Of a DNA stretch of 37,007 nt, positions 9,249 through 20,435 are shown piece by piece (the first letter of the stretch is position 1; the number at the start of each line of letters is the position of its first letter). The notes under the pieces were generated by a model. The model saw only the letters and a list, made by a program, of their open reading frames with translations. It was not told where the DNA came from and did not search any database. Both the position numbers and the translations under genes were made by a program. The stretch is from a bacterium. GTDB taxonomy: Bacteria; ARS69. The stretch lies in assembly GCA_025774865.1 (NCBI GenBank), contig JALGZO010000510.1, forward strand, positions 1-37,007, given 5' to 3'.

Positions 9249-10158
9249 GAGCTCTTTCGTATTCGCAGTCGACAAGCCCGCGGGTCCGACGTCGCACGAC
9301 GTCGTCGCGAAGGTGCGTCGCGTGCTCTCGGGCGCCCGTGTGGGGCATGCGGGAACGCTCGACCCCGCCGCCACCGGCGTTCTCGTGATCTGCGTCGGGA
9401 AGGCGACGAAGATCTCTTCCTTTCTGATGGAAGGGGAGAAGGAGTACGTCGGGACGGGCCGGCTCGGACTCACCACCGACACGCAGGACGCGGACGGCGA
9501 GGTGCTTCGGGAACATCCCGTCGACGTCGAGGCCGAGGACGTACGCCGAGCCGCCGCCGCGTTCGTGGGTGAGATCGAACAGATTCCGCCGATGTACTCC
9601 GCCGTCAAGGTCGGTGGACAGAAGCTCTACCGTCTCGCGCGGAAGGGACGCGAAATCGAGCGGCCCGCGCGCCGCGCCACGGTGCACGCGTTCGAGATCG
9701 GACGCGTCGCGCTGCCCGAATTCGATTTCGTCCTGCGCTGCTCGAAGGGAACCTACGTGCGGACGATTCTGCACGACCTCGGAGAGGCGCTGGGATGCGG
9801 CGGGCACCTCGCGCGGCTCGCTCGAGAGCGACAGGGGAGCTTCTCCCGCCGGGACGCCGTGTCCTGGGAGAGTCTTCTGGACGACCGCGCCGCGGAGATC
9901 GTGCGCGCGGCGGGAGTGGCCCCGCACCAGGCACTCGAATTCCTGACGGCGCTCGAGGTCCCGCGGAACATGGACGAGCCCCTGCGGGTCGGCGTCCAGT
10001 GGCCAGACGAATCCGCCGGGCCGCACCGGATCCCGGTTCGGCTGGTGAAGGGCGGCGATCGCACGGTCGGCGTCGGGCGCGTCACCGACGACGGCGTTCG
10101 GGTCGTCTACGCGTTCCCCGTCTCGCGGGGGGGCTTCGGCCGAGGGCGACGGCGGTGA
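9115..10158 (+). CDS. truB: tRNA pseudouridine(55) synthase TruB
   Basis: VDKPAGPTSHDVV...GHAGTLDPAATGVLVICVG (catalytic Asp motif), IPPMYSAVKVGG. The conserved domain starts near 9256. The only canonical in-frame start is the ATG at 9115, which gives a 134-nt overlap with nrnA, so the start is uncertain. Confidence 0.85.
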   Translation: MASPADWEGAGTPAPPGREFRGRWKRRRKASSGPSRSISEASPPESSFVFAVDKPAGPTSHDVVAKVRRVLSGARVGHAGTLDPAATGVLVICVGKATKISSFLMEGEKEYVGTGRLGLTTDTQDADGEVLREHPVDVEAEDVRRAAAAFVGEIEQIPPMYSAVKVGGQKLYRLARKGREIERPARRATVHAFEIGRVALPEFDFVLRCSKGTYVRTILHDLGEALGCGGHLARLARERQGSFSRRDAVSWESLLDDRAAEIVRAAGVAPHQALEFLTALEVPRNMDEPLRVGVQWPDESAGPHRIPVRLVKGGDRTVGVGRVTDDGVRVVYAFPVSRGGFGRGRRR

Positions 10159-11099
10159 TCGTCGCGCGCAGTGTCGCGGATCTGAGCCTCCCGGGTCCTC
10201 TCGCGGTCAGCGTCGGGGTGTTCGACGGCGTGCATCAGGGACACCGGGCGGTCTTCGATGCGCTGCGGCGGGAGGCCCAGGCGGCGGGTGCTGCGTCGCT
10301 CGTGGTGACGCTGGATCCGCATCCGCTGGAGGTGCTTCGACCGGACGTCGCGCCGACCCTCTTGACGACGCCCGCGGAGCGGATCCGACTCGTCGAGGAA
10401 GCGTCCCCGGACGCATTCCTCCTGTACCCGTTCGATCGCGAGACCGCAGCGCTCTCGCCCCCGGAGTTCTTGGACCGCCTCGTGCCTCGGGGTTCGAGTC
10501 TGAGGGCGCTCGTGGCGGGCTACGACTTTCGGATGGGAAAGGACCGGTCCGGGGGATTCGAGGAGCTTCGGACCGTCGGCGAGGACCGGGGCTTCCGGGT
10601 GATCCGGGTCGGACCGACGGTGTGGGATGGGGAGCCGATCTCGTCGTCGAGGATCCGGGCCCGGGTCGAGGAGGGCCGGGTCAGGGAGGCGGCGGAGCTT
10701 CTGGGGCATCCGTACCGGGTGGAAGGGACGGTCGTCCCCGGGAGGGGGATCGGAAGAACGCTTGAGTTTCCGACCGCAAATGTCGATGTCGGAGATCAGA
10801 GGAAACAGCTGCCGGGATTCGGTGTCTATGCCGTTCTCGTGCAGATTCTGGACGAATCGTCCGGTCTTCGCCCCGGAGTCATGAATCGAGGGGTGCGCCC
10901 CACGTTCGGGGCCGGAGATCCGGTCCTGGAGGTCCACCTGCCGGGGTACGACGGCGACCTCGTCGGAAGGCGCCTGATCCTGTCGATGGTGGAGAGGATT
11001 CGTGAGGAGCGCGTCTTCGCGGGTCCTGAAGACCTGGCGGCACGCATCGCCGAGGATGTCCAGGAGGCCCGCAGAATCCTGGAGAGTCGGGAGGCCTGA
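10155..11099 (+). CDS. ribF: Bifunctional riboflavin kinase / FAD synthetase
   Basis: VGVFDGVHQGHRAVF (nucleotidyltransferase motif), then the kinase half (GRGIGRTLEFPTANV...GVYAV...RPTF). The GTG at 10155 overlaps the truB stop (GTGA). Confidence 0.9.
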   Translation: MIVARSVADLSLPGPLAVSVGVFDGVHQGHRAVFDALRREAQAAGAASLVVTLDPHPLEVLRPDVAPTLLTTPAERIRLVEEASPDAFLLYPFDRETAALSPPEFLDRLVPRGSSLRALVAGYDFRMGKDRSGGFEELRTVGEDRGFRVIRVGPTVWDGEPISSSRIRARVEEGRVREAAELLGHPYRVEGTVVPGRGIGRTLEFPTANVDVGDQRKQLPGFGVYAVLVQILDESSGLRPGVMNRGVRPTFGAGDPVLEVHLPGYDGDLVGRRLILSMVERIREERVFAGPEDLAARIAEDVQEARRILESREA

Positions 11100-11109
11100 G
11101 TTTCTTTCC

Positions 11110-11138
11110 TTGTCTCCGACGGAGTCCTCTGATAGATT
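11110..11138 (+). promoter_or_regulatory. Candidate sigma70-type promoter for rpsO
   Basis: TTGTCT (11110-11115), 17-nt spacer, TAGATT (11133-11138), in a locally AT-richer patch about 70 nt upstream of rpsO. Each hexamer matches consensus at only 4/6 positions. Confidence 0.3.
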
Positions 11139-11210
11139 TCGCCGCTGTTTGAGGGCATAGAGAAGAGAGAGCCCGTAGGCTGACGGGCCGCCCAAGGAGA
11201 ACCCCCACTG

Positions 11211-11480
11211 ATGACGCTCTCGAAGTTCCCGAAGTCGGACATCATCACGAAGCATCGGCTTCATGACGCCGACTCTGGATCGCCAGAGGTTCAGATCGCG
11301 CTCCTGACGGAGCGGATCAATTACCTCACCGACCACTTCAAGGTCCACAAGAAGGACCATCATTCCCGTCGCGGCCTCCTCAAGCTGGTCGGCCGCCGTC
11401 GTCGCCTGCTCGACTACCTCAAGGCGAACAAAGTGGACCGGTACCGCGCGATCCTCAAGGAGCTGGGTCTCCGCAAGTAG
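11211..11480 (+). CDS. rpsO: 30S ribosomal protein S15
   Basis: 89 aa with [48 protein letters not shown], unmistakably S15. AAGGAGA SD upstream. Confidence 0.97.
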   Translation: MTLSKFPKSDIITKHRLHDADSGSPEVQIALLTERINYLTDHFKVHKKDHHSRRGLLKLVGRRRRLLDYLKANKVDRYRAILKELGLRK

Positions 11481-11492
11481 GGTGAAGCCGGA

Positions 11493-11508
11493 CCGCCCGA
11501 GGGGGCGG
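11493..11508 (+). promoter_or_regulatory. rpsO-pnp intergenic stem-loop (possible attenuator or processing site)
   Basis: CCGCCC (11493-11498) / GGGCGG (11503-11508) with loop GAGG. No U-tract. The position matches the known location of the regulatory hairpin upstream of pnp in other bacteria. Confidence 0.3.
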
Positions 11509-11524
11509 CCACGAAAGGATTTCC

Positions 11525-13708
<2,184 letters not shown>

Positions 13709-13721
13709 GCGTCGCGGCTGA

Positions 13722-14819
13722 TCAGGGCGCGGGCGGCGCCTGGGTGATCAGTACGAAAGACTCGTTCGACGGCGAGAGCGTGTAGGTCCAGCGCTCTCGT
13801 TCGTCGTCGTAGAGCGCGCTCTCGGGAACGAGAGACTCGCCGAGCAGCACCGCGAGGTCCGGCGGATAGGCTCCGGTCTTGACCCGGTACACCTCCAGGG
13901 CCACGCGAACTGACTCGCGGCGATGGGCGGCCTCCAGCTGCGCGGAGCGGTTCCGCCACTCCCCGAGCACGGGATCGTCGCCGCGGAACGCCGACAGCGC
14001 GCCGCCGAAGAGCGCGCTCATGAGCAGAAGCCCGAGGACAGGAGCCACCCACCGCAGCGTCTTCCGCAGGCTGAACTCTCCAGCGACGGACTCCTCGACG
14101 GTGAGCTTGGCGCCCCGCTTGCGCAGGAGCCCGACCCAACCATGTCGGGCGCAGTCGAACAGAATGCGCGTGGCCGTGTAGCGATCCAGCCCGCTCTCGT
14201 CGAGGATCTGCTCGATCGTCCGAACGCCGTTCACGAGGGCGAGGACCTGGCGCTCCTCGTCGAAGTTGATCTCCGGCGAGCGACCGGCGCGCGTGAGGAC
14301 GAGGACGCCGTCCTCCGGGCCGAGAGCGCTGCGCATCTCGGCGATCTCGTCGGCCTTCCGGGCTCCCTCCATCAGGATGGGTCCGATGTCCGCACTGAGG
14401 GCATCCTCGGCCGGCGGGCCGACCCCGGTCTCGGTCTCGAACTCGTAGGTGCCCGACTTGATCGACATCAACTCGAAGATGGCCTCTTCCACCATCGCCT
14501 CGAAGAGCTCCTGGATCTCATCCCGCTCCAGGACCCCCTCTCGCTCGAGGATCGAGTTCGCGCTGGCGCCGGCGCGGCGCTCTGCAGCGAGGCGGTCGGA
14601 CTGGTCGGCGGTGATGACCCCCTTTCGGCGGACGTATTCCAGCAGCGGGTCGCCTTCGTCCTTCGGATTCTTGGTCGACGTGATTCGACCATTGTGGAAG
14701 AAAACGAATTGCGTCTTTCCCCTCGTCATCACCTTCAGCCAGCCGGCCTTCCGCTGGGAGGCGATCAGCTGCATGATGTCGGGAAGCTCGAACTCGCGAA
14801 GCTCGCCCCGGAATGACAT
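13722..14819 (-). CDS. DUF4388 (PATAN-like) domain protein with one TM helix and a GspG/pseudopilin-like C-terminal domain
   Basis: N-terminus MSFRGELREFELPDIMQLIASQRKAGWLKV...FFHNGRI is the DUF4388 signature. TM helix WVAPVLGLLLMSALFGGALSAF. The tail ALEVYRVKTGAYPPDLAVLL...WTYTL...FVLIT resembles the T2SS GspG globular domain. ATG at 14819, with GAGGA 9 nt upstream, overlaps the upstream stop by 1 nt. Confidence 0.8.
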   Translation of the reverse strand: MSFRGELREFELPDIMQLIASQRKAGWLKVMTRGKTQFVFFHNGRITSTKNPKDEGDPLLEYVRRKGVITADQSDRLAAERRAGASANSILEREGVLERDEIQELFEAMVEEAIFELMSIKSGTYEFETETGVGPPAEDALSADIGPILMEGARKADEIAEMRSALGPEDGVLVLTRAGRSPEINFDEERQVLALVNGVRTIEQILDESGLDRYTATRILFDCARHGWVGLLRKRGAKLTVEESVAGEFSLRKTLRWVAPVLGLLLMSALFGGALSAFRGDDPVLGEWRNRSAQLEAAHRRESVRVALEVYRVKTGAYPPDLAVLLGESLVPESALYDDERERWTYTLSPSNESFVLITQAPPAP

Positions 14820-16693
14820 CAGACGGTCCTCGTGGAAGTGGGGAGCTGCATGGACGAGTGACGGGCCGTCTGCTCCGGCGGGGGAGCCTGCTGGGGCACC
14901 GGCGCCCGCAGATAGGCCCTCACGGACAGGATCGCGAGGAGTGCGAAGAAGAGAAGCGGCGCCACGACCGCGGACGGCCAGCGTGGATCGGAGTGGGCGG
15001 GACCGGGAGCGGGCCAGGCCGCGTTGGCCGCTGCGATCAGCAAGAGCACCGCACCGGCACCGAGGAACGCGAGCGCCCGTCGGCGCGAGCCGAGGAGAAG
15101 GAGCCCCGTTCCCGGCAAGAGCGCCGAGAGTACGACCGCGGTGGTCCTCCCGGAGCGCGAAACCCGGCGGCGGCGCTCGATGATCATCGCGTCTCGCTTG
15201 AGCGGTGCCTGGACGTCTTGCTGGATGGCGTAGCACTCGGCACAGAGACTGCGCCGGAGGGTCCGATAGTGACACTTGCGGCATACGGAGCGCCCGCAAG
15301 CTGCACAAGGGAAGACGCGGGGTAGAGTGCGCGCGTACGCCGCGTAGTACAGCGTCAGGAATAGCGGGAGGGACAGCCAGAACGGACGCATGGGAAAGAC
15401 CAACCTGAGCGTCATCTCGAGCGCGCGCCTCCAACCGAGCGCGGTACGCAGGCCCTCTCCCCGAAGGAACCGCAACCACAGCTGCGTGGCCCCGAGAGAG
15501 TGATCACGAACGATGATGCCCTCGGACTCGTCGTTGAGAACGGGGGGAAGGCGGTAACCGAGGTCAGTGGCCCGGGTGAGCGCCTGGTCGGCTTCGTTGA
15601 ACTCCAGACGCTGCACGAACGCCTGGGCGGTATTGACGTAGACGAGGGCTTCCTTGGGAGCGAGTCGCGCGGCCTCCTCGTAGGCCGCGAGCGCCCGGTC
15701 GGATTCCCCCTGCAACAGGCGCACGTTGCCGAGGTTGTTGTGGTAGGCCCAGTGCTCCGGGCGGAGCTCCACCGCTCTTTCGAGGTGCTCCGCGGCTTGC
15801 CCGTATCGCTCGGCCCGGCGTTCGAGAAGCGCGAGGCTGGCGAGAAAGTCGGGATCCTCGAGGGCGCCGTCGGGCGCGTCGGTATGCCAGGTGGTCGGCA
15901 GAAAGCCGGGGTCCGCGCGCTGGGTGACCCAGAGATTGCGAAGGTACGAGTCCGGGAACGCGGGCTCCATGATGCGGGTCCAGAGCGCGAGGCCGGTGGG
16001 TGCAACCATGACCGCGGCGAGCGCCCAGACACAGACGCGACGAGGCCAGGCCTCGAGCGACGTCCAGGTACCGATGGTTCCGATGAGGAGCGCCCAGAAG
16101 AGAGCGGCCGTGGGGGCCAGCGACACGACCAGCGCGAAGGGCACCAAGATCGTGAGCCACGCCGCGCCCTCCCGCATCTCCAACGGGAGGAAGTGGAGCC
16201 TCTCGCGCACTCCGTGTCGGATGCGCCCGACCTCCTTCCCGATCATGAGCGCTGCGATCGCGACCAGACTGAGGCCGAACGCACCGCCCAGAATCGTGAA
16301 GATCCAGGCCGCCGCGCGCTGCTGTGCGACGAACGATCGCAGGCCGCGCGAGATCGCGGTGACCGCCTCCGTCGCGAACCCGGTGTCACGTTCGCGGAAG
16401 AGGAGTCCGCACAACTCTCGTCGAGCGGGCGTCAGATCAGGATCGAACCGCAACGCCCAGCGAAGGTCGGCGATCCGGGCGTCAGCGTTCGGGGCGGACG
16501 CGGAGCGAGCCCAGTAAGCGTGAGCCCAGACGGGCTCGCGGAGGACGCCTTGCTTCTCCATCTGTTCGAGATGGGCCCGGGCCTCCGTGTCGTTCAGTGG
16601 GACGGCCCGAGCGGCCACCTCCGCACCGGAGACGGCGCCGGCGAAGAGGCAGAGTGCGACCACGACGGCTCGCCGTACCGAAAGTCGGATCAT
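14819..16693 (-). CDS. Polytopic membrane protein with TPR repeats and a 6-Cys zinc-ribbon-like motif
   Basis: Signal/anchor MIRLSVRRAVVVALCLFAGAVSG. Several TM helices. TPR-like block (AEHLERAVELRPEHWAYHNNLGNVRLLQGESDRALAAYEEAARLAP). CAACGRSVCRKCHYRTLRRSLCAEC (nt 15233-15307). C-terminal TM pair with a LLPGTGLLLLG motif. Confidence 0.75.
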   Translation of the reverse strand: MIRLSVRRAVVVALCLFAGAVSGAEVAARAVPLNDTEARAHLEQMEKQGVLREPVWAHAYWARSASAPNADARIADLRWALRFDPDLTPARRELCGLLFRERDTGFATEAVTAISRGLRSFVAQQRAAAWIFTILGGAFGLSLVAIAALMIGKEVGRIRHGVRERLHFLPLEMREGAAWLTILVPFALVVSLAPTAALFWALLIGTIGTWTSLEAWPRRVCVWALAAVMVAPTGLALWTRIMEPAFPDSYLRNLWVTQRADPGFLPTTWHTDAPDGALEDPDFLASLALLERRAERYGQAAEHLERAVELRPEHWAYHNNLGNVRLLQGESDRALAAYEEAARLAPKEALVYVNTAQAFVQRLEFNEADQALTRATDLGYRLPPVLNDESEGIIVRDHSLGATQLWLRFLRGEGLRTALGWRRALEMTLRLVFPMRPFWLSLPLFLTLYYAAYARTLPRVFPCAACGRSVCRKCHYRTLRRSLCAECYAIQQDVQAPLKRDAMIIERRRRVSRSGRTTAVVLSALLPGTGLLLLGSRRRALAFLGAGAVLLLIAAANAAWPAPGPAHSDPRWPSAVVAPLLFFALLAILSVRAYLRAPVPQQAPPPEQTARHSSMQLPTSTRTV

Positions 16694-16908
16694 ATGGCGC
16701 CTTCTCCCCGTCGCAGGCCCTTCGAGACTTCTCGCTTTATCGGCGGTGAAGGCACGGAGCTTGAGGGGCCTTGTGCTTCCCCGAATCGCCGCAAGTCTTT
16801 GAAAACGTGAAGATTCCGTTTGACACTCGGACCCTCGGAGAGGGAACATTTCGGGTTTTCGGAAGGGCGGGATCGGCCGTGGGCGTCGCTGGCAGGCAGA
16901 CACCGCGG

Positions 16909-19002
16909 ATGCGGCGCACGGTTCGGTGGCTCGCCACCGCGCTCGCCGTTGTGCTGACGGCGTCGCCGGCGTCGGCGGAGGACGGGCTCACGCTCGGCGT
17001 GATTCAGCCGTCGCCGCACTCGGACCTCTTCGTCGGAGTGGTCGGGGACACCCTGGACTCCGAGATCGTCCTCACCGTGCGCGATTCCGGCGGCCTCACC
17101 GTCCCGGGCGTCACGATCCGCCTCCGCGCCCTGGGCTCCGGCGGCGGAGCGGTCCTTCCTCTCGAGGAGCAGCTCGTCACCGACGGCCGGGGAGAGGCGA
17201 CCGTCCGGGTGGCGCTCGTGGGGCCGCCGAGCGACGGTGTCGTTCTGGCCCACATCACGGGACAGGAGAGCGAGCCGAGCGAGATCCGGGTCCGGATCCT
17301 GCGGGATTCGTGGCTGGCTTACCTGCTCATGGGGATCGGGGGCGGGCTCGCGCTCTTCCTCTACGGAATGCGTCTCATCGGACGCAGCCTCGAGAAGGCG
17401 GCGAGCGGGGACCTGCGCTCGTTCCTGACGTCGGTGGCCGGAAGCCGTGGGCGGTCTCTTCTCTTCGGCACCGTCAGCACGTTGATGGTCCAGAGTTCCA
17501 GCGCGAGCACGGTCCTCCTCGTCAGTTTTGCGAGCTCGGGGCTCATGACGGTCCAGCAGTGCCTGGGGGCGGTGCTCGGCGCGGCGGCCGGCGCGACGGT
17601 GACCGTCCAGCTGATCGCGTTCCGAGTCTCCGACCTCGATCTGCTCCTGATCGCGGTCGGCTTTCTGCTCACGATGTTCCGCGGCCGCCGGCGGCGCCTG
17701 GGCGGCGCCATTCTCGGGTTCGGGCTCCTGTTCTTCGGGCTCCGGGTGATGTCGAACGCGATGGCGCCGCTGAAGGACTTCCCCTTGGTGACCGAGTTCT
17801 TCGTCGCGTCGGCGCAAGACCCCTGGCCGGCCCTGATCGCGGCGACCCTGTTCACCGCGATCGCACAGGCGAGCGCGGCGACGATCGGAATCGTGCTGGG
17901 ACTCGCCTTCCAGGGAATCCTCACGCTCGAGGCCGCGGTGCCGTTCGTGTTCGGGGCCAACATCGGAACCGCGACGACGGCGATCCTCGCGAGCCTGGCG
18001 GCCAACGTCGACGGCAAGCGAGTTGCCTGGGCGCACGCCGGCTTTCGCATCGGTGGAGTGATCCTCGGGATGCTTTTGCTCAGCCCTTTCCTGCGCCTCG
18101 TGGGCAGCCTCTCGGACGACCTGCCGCGACAGATTGCGAACGCGCACACGTTGTTGAACATCGGCACCGCGATTCTCTTCCTGCCCTTCATACCTCTGGC
18201 CGACCGCCTCGTTCGGCGCTTGATCCCGGAGCGCGAGTCGGCGCCGGAGTACGGGCCGAGGGCGCTCGACCCACGTTTCCTCGAGCAACCCTCCGTGGCG
18301 ATCGCGTCGGCGGTCCGGGAGCTTCTCCGGATGGGTGGACTGGTGGGCGAGATGCTCGACGATGTGAAGGAGTCGTTGCGGCGCGACGACTCCGAGCTCG
18401 CGAACGCGATCCGGACGCGGGACGACCAGGTGGATCTTCTCGACGAGGAGATCACGAAGTACCTGGCGGACCTCTCCACGGAGTATCTTTCCGAGCGACA
18501 GTCGGAGCGGGTGCTGGATCTGCTGTTCGTGACGAAGGACCTGGAGCTGATCGGGGACATCATCTCGAAGGGTCTAGTGCCGGGCCTTCTTCGCAAGAAG
18601 CGGGAACATGATCTCTGGTTCTCGGACGAGGGGTTCCGCCAGATCCTGGAATTCCACGAGGGCGTTCGGGAGATCGTGGAGATCGCCGTATCCGCAATCG
18701 CGACCTGGGACCGGGCGCTCGCCAGCCGCGTGCTGGAGAAGAAGCGGGACCTCTCGGAGCTCGAGAGACGCTTTCAACTGGCCCACTTGACTCGTCTGCA
18801 GACGGGAAACGTCGAGTCACGGGCTACGACCACGGTGCACGTGGACGCCATGAACGACCTGAAGAGGATCGTCACGCACACGGCGAGGATCGCCTACGCG
18901 ATCCTCGGGAGGGTGCATCAGTTTCCGCGGGACGACGAGATCGAGGAGAGCTCCCGGTCGGACCGAGATCTGGGGCGCGCCATCGAGGGGAGCGCTGAAT
19001 GA
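16909..19002 (+). CDS. Na/Pi cotransporter family protein with C-terminal PhoU-like domains and an N-terminal Ig-like extension
   Basis: Signal peptide [23 protein letters not shown]. About 110 aa of beta-rich Ig-like sequence. Two Na/Pi-cotransporter repeats ([20 protein letters not shown]; [17 protein letters not shown]...GANIGT). PhoU-like helices ([15 protein letters not shown]...). Confidence 0.85.
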   Translation: MRRTVRWLATALAVVLTASPASAEDGLTLGVIQPSPHSDLFVGVVGDTLDSEIVLTVRDSGGLTVPGVTIRLRALGSGGGAVLPLEEQLVTDGRGEATVRVALVGPPSDGVVLAHITGQESEPSEIRVRILRDSWLAYLLMGIGGGLALFLYGMRLIGRSLEKAASGDLRSFLTSVAGSRGRSLLFGTVSTLMVQSSSASTVLLVSFASSGLMTVQQCLGAVLGAAAGATVTVQLIAFRVSDLDLLLIAVGFLLTMFRGRRRRLGGAILGFGLLFFGLRVMSNAMAPLKDFPLVTEFFVASAQDPWPALIAATLFTAIAQASAATIGIVLGLAFQGILTLEAAVPFVFGANIGTATTAILASLAANVDGKRVAWAHAGFRIGGVILGMLLLSPFLRLVGSLSDDLPRQIANAHTLLNIGTAILFLPFIPLADRLVRRLIPERESAPEYGPRALDPRFLEQPSVAIASAVRELLRMGGLVGEMLDDVKESLRRDDSELANAIRTRDDQVDLLDEEITKYLADLSTEYLSERQSERVLDLLFVTKDLELIGDIISKGLVPGLLRKKREHDLWFSDEGFRQILEFHEGVREIVEIAVSAIATWDRALASRVLEKKRDLSELERRFQLAHLTRLQTGNVESRATTTVHVDAMNDLKRIVTHTARIAYAILGRVHQFPRDDEIEESSRSDRDLGRAIEGSAE

Positions 19003-20333
19003 GTCGAGGGTCGGAGCCCGACGCCGGGACGACCGGCGGAACGAAGCAGACGTACGTGGAGGACCTGAAGGATCATGCCGGGGAGACGGTCACTCTGCGC
19101 GGCTGGGTATACAACCTGCGATCGAGCGGCAAGATCGCGTTCCTGATCCTACGCGACGGCACCGGACGAACGCAGTGCGTCCTGTCGAAGAAGGAGATCG
19201 GTGACGAGGCTTTCGAGAGCGCCAGAGCGCTGACGCAGGAGTCCTCGGTGAGCGTGACCGGTGCCGTGAACCTGGACGACCGCGCTCCCGGAGGAGCGGA
19301 GATCCACGTCGAGTCCTTCGAGGTTCATCAGCTCGCGTACGACTACCCGATCACGCCCAAGGAGCATGGGTCGTCTTTCCTGCTCGACCACCGGCACCTC
19401 TGGATCCGGTCCTCCCGGCAGCACGCGACGCTCCGCGTGCGGGCCGAGGTGATTCGTGCGTTGCAGGAGTTCTTCGACGAACGAGGCTACCTTCGGGTCG
19501 ACAGCCCCATCCTCACGTCGAATGCCTGCGAGGGGACGTCGACGCTGTTCGAGACGGACTACTTCGGGGAACCGGCGTACTTGACGCAATCGGGACAGCT
19601 CTACGCCGAGGCGTCGGCGATGGCGTTCGGCAAGGTCTACTGTTACGGACCGACGTTTCGCGCGGAAAAGTCCAAGACCCGGCGCCACCTCACCGAGTTC
19701 TGGATGGTCGAGCCGGAGGTTGCGTACATGCGGCTCGAAGAGCTTCTCGGCCTCGCCGAAGAGTTCGTGACGCACATCGTGAGGTCAGTGCTGGAGAGGC
19801 GCCGGGCGGAGCTCGAGACCCTCGAGCGCGACATCTCGAAGCTGGAGGTCATCGAGCCGCCGTTCCCGCGGATCCGCTACGACGAGGCGGTCAAGATCGC
19901 GCAAGCCGGCGGATCCGAAATGCCGTACGGAGAGGACTTCGGGGCGCCGGAGGAGACGCTCATCTCGGAGGGCTTCGAGAAGCCGGTGTTGGTGACGCAC
20001 TTCCCTCGGAGCGTGAAGGCCTTCTACATGGCGGCCGACCCCGAGAATCCGGAGCTCGCGCTCTGCGTCGACATGCTAGCGCCGGAGGGGTACGGGGAGA
20101 TCGTCGGCGGTAGCGAACGCGAGGCCGACCACGACGTGCTGCGGGAGCGGATGCGGCAACACGACATCGATCCCGCGACGATGCCGTGGTATCTGGATCT
20201 CCGCAAGTACGGAACGGTACCGCACTCCGGCTTCGGCCTCGGCGTCGAGCGAGTGGTCACTTGGCTCTGCGGGATTCATCATCTACGCGAGACGATCCCC
20301 TTTCCGAGACTCTTGAACCGCATTCGGCCGTAG
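18999..20333 (+). CDS. asnS: Asparagine--tRNA ligase
   Basis: Class IIb aaRS: OB anticodon domain ([26 protein letters not shown]), motif 2 ([21 protein letters not shown]), KAFYM, motif 3 ([12 protein letters not shown]). 444 aa and the KAFYM block favour AsnRS over AspRS. ATG overlaps the upstream stop (ATGA). Confidence 0.88.
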   Translation: MSRGSEPDAGTTGGTKQTYVEDLKDHAGETVTLRGWVYNLRSSGKIAFLILRDGTGRTQCVLSKKEIGDEAFESARALTQESSVSVTGAVNLDDRAPGGAEIHVESFEVHQLAYDYPITPKEHGSSFLLDHRHLWIRSSRQHATLRVRAEVIRALQEFFDERGYLRVDSPILTSNACEGTSTLFETDYFGEPAYLTQSGQLYAEASAMAFGKVYCYGPTFRAEKSKTRRHLTEFWMVEPEVAYMRLEELLGLAEEFVTHIVRSVLERRRAELETLERDISKLEVIEPPFPRIRYDEAVKIAQAGGSEMPYGEDFGAPEETLISEGFEKPVLVTHFPRSVKAFYMAADPENPELALCVDMLAPEGYGEIVGGSEREADHDVLRERMRQHDIDPATMPWYLDLRKYGTVPHSGFGLGVERVVTWLCGIHHLRETIPFPRLLNRIRP

Positions 20334-20387
20334 TGTGAGTCCGAGCTTCGCGAGGTCGGGAGGCACCCTCGCCCGCCGTTGCTGCTC

Positions 20388-20412
20388 GGCTCGCGAGACA
20401 TCGACGCGAGCC
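20388..20412. terminator. Hairpin in the convergent asnS / GDPD gap (possible bidirectional terminator)
   Basis: GGCTCGCG (20388-20395) / CGCGAGCC (20405-20412), 9-nt loop. No clear U-tract on either strand. Confidence 0.3.
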
Positions 20413-20435
20413 TGCCGGCCACCTGCCGCTCGAGG

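Noticed and set aside
8181-11363. Minus-strand ORFs 8181-9608 (475 aa), 9082-10026 (314 aa) and 10107-11363 (418 aa) opposite nrnA, truB and ribF
   Set aside because: Antisense to well-supported conserved genes, with Arg/Pro-rich translations and no motifs.
14820-15479. Upstream 220-codon extension of the DUF4388 ORF (13722-15479), plus upstream extensions of the kinase, porin and GT4 ORFs (to 32436, 33812, 31234, 36785)
   Set aside because: The extensions run through the 3' ends of the preceding genes. The internal ATGs give ATGA/TGATG coupling, proper SDs or signal peptides, and canonical domain N-termini.
16795-16860. TTGACA hexamer (16820-16825) and TTGAAA (16799-16804) in the AT-richer divergent intergenic region as promoters for the Na/Pi transporter gene
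   Set aside because: No acceptable -10 hexamer at 16-19 nt spacing. The best candidates, GAACAT and AACATT, match at only 3/6 positions. The region probably does hold divergent promoters, but I cannot place them.
16690-18288. 532-aa minus-strand ORF opposite the Na/Pi cotransporter, and the 561-aa alternative plus frame 16926-18611
   Set aside because: Extremely Arg/Glu/Asp/Pro-rich with no TM segments or motifs. The frame chosen instead encodes a coherent transporter with hydrophobic helices.
18999-20333. Possibility that the class IIb synthetase is a short (archaeal-type) AspRS
   Set aside because: The KAFYM block, the overall length and the C-terminal ...[10 protein letters not shown] pattern fit AsnRS better. 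Without an alignment this remains a judgement call, reflected in the confidence.
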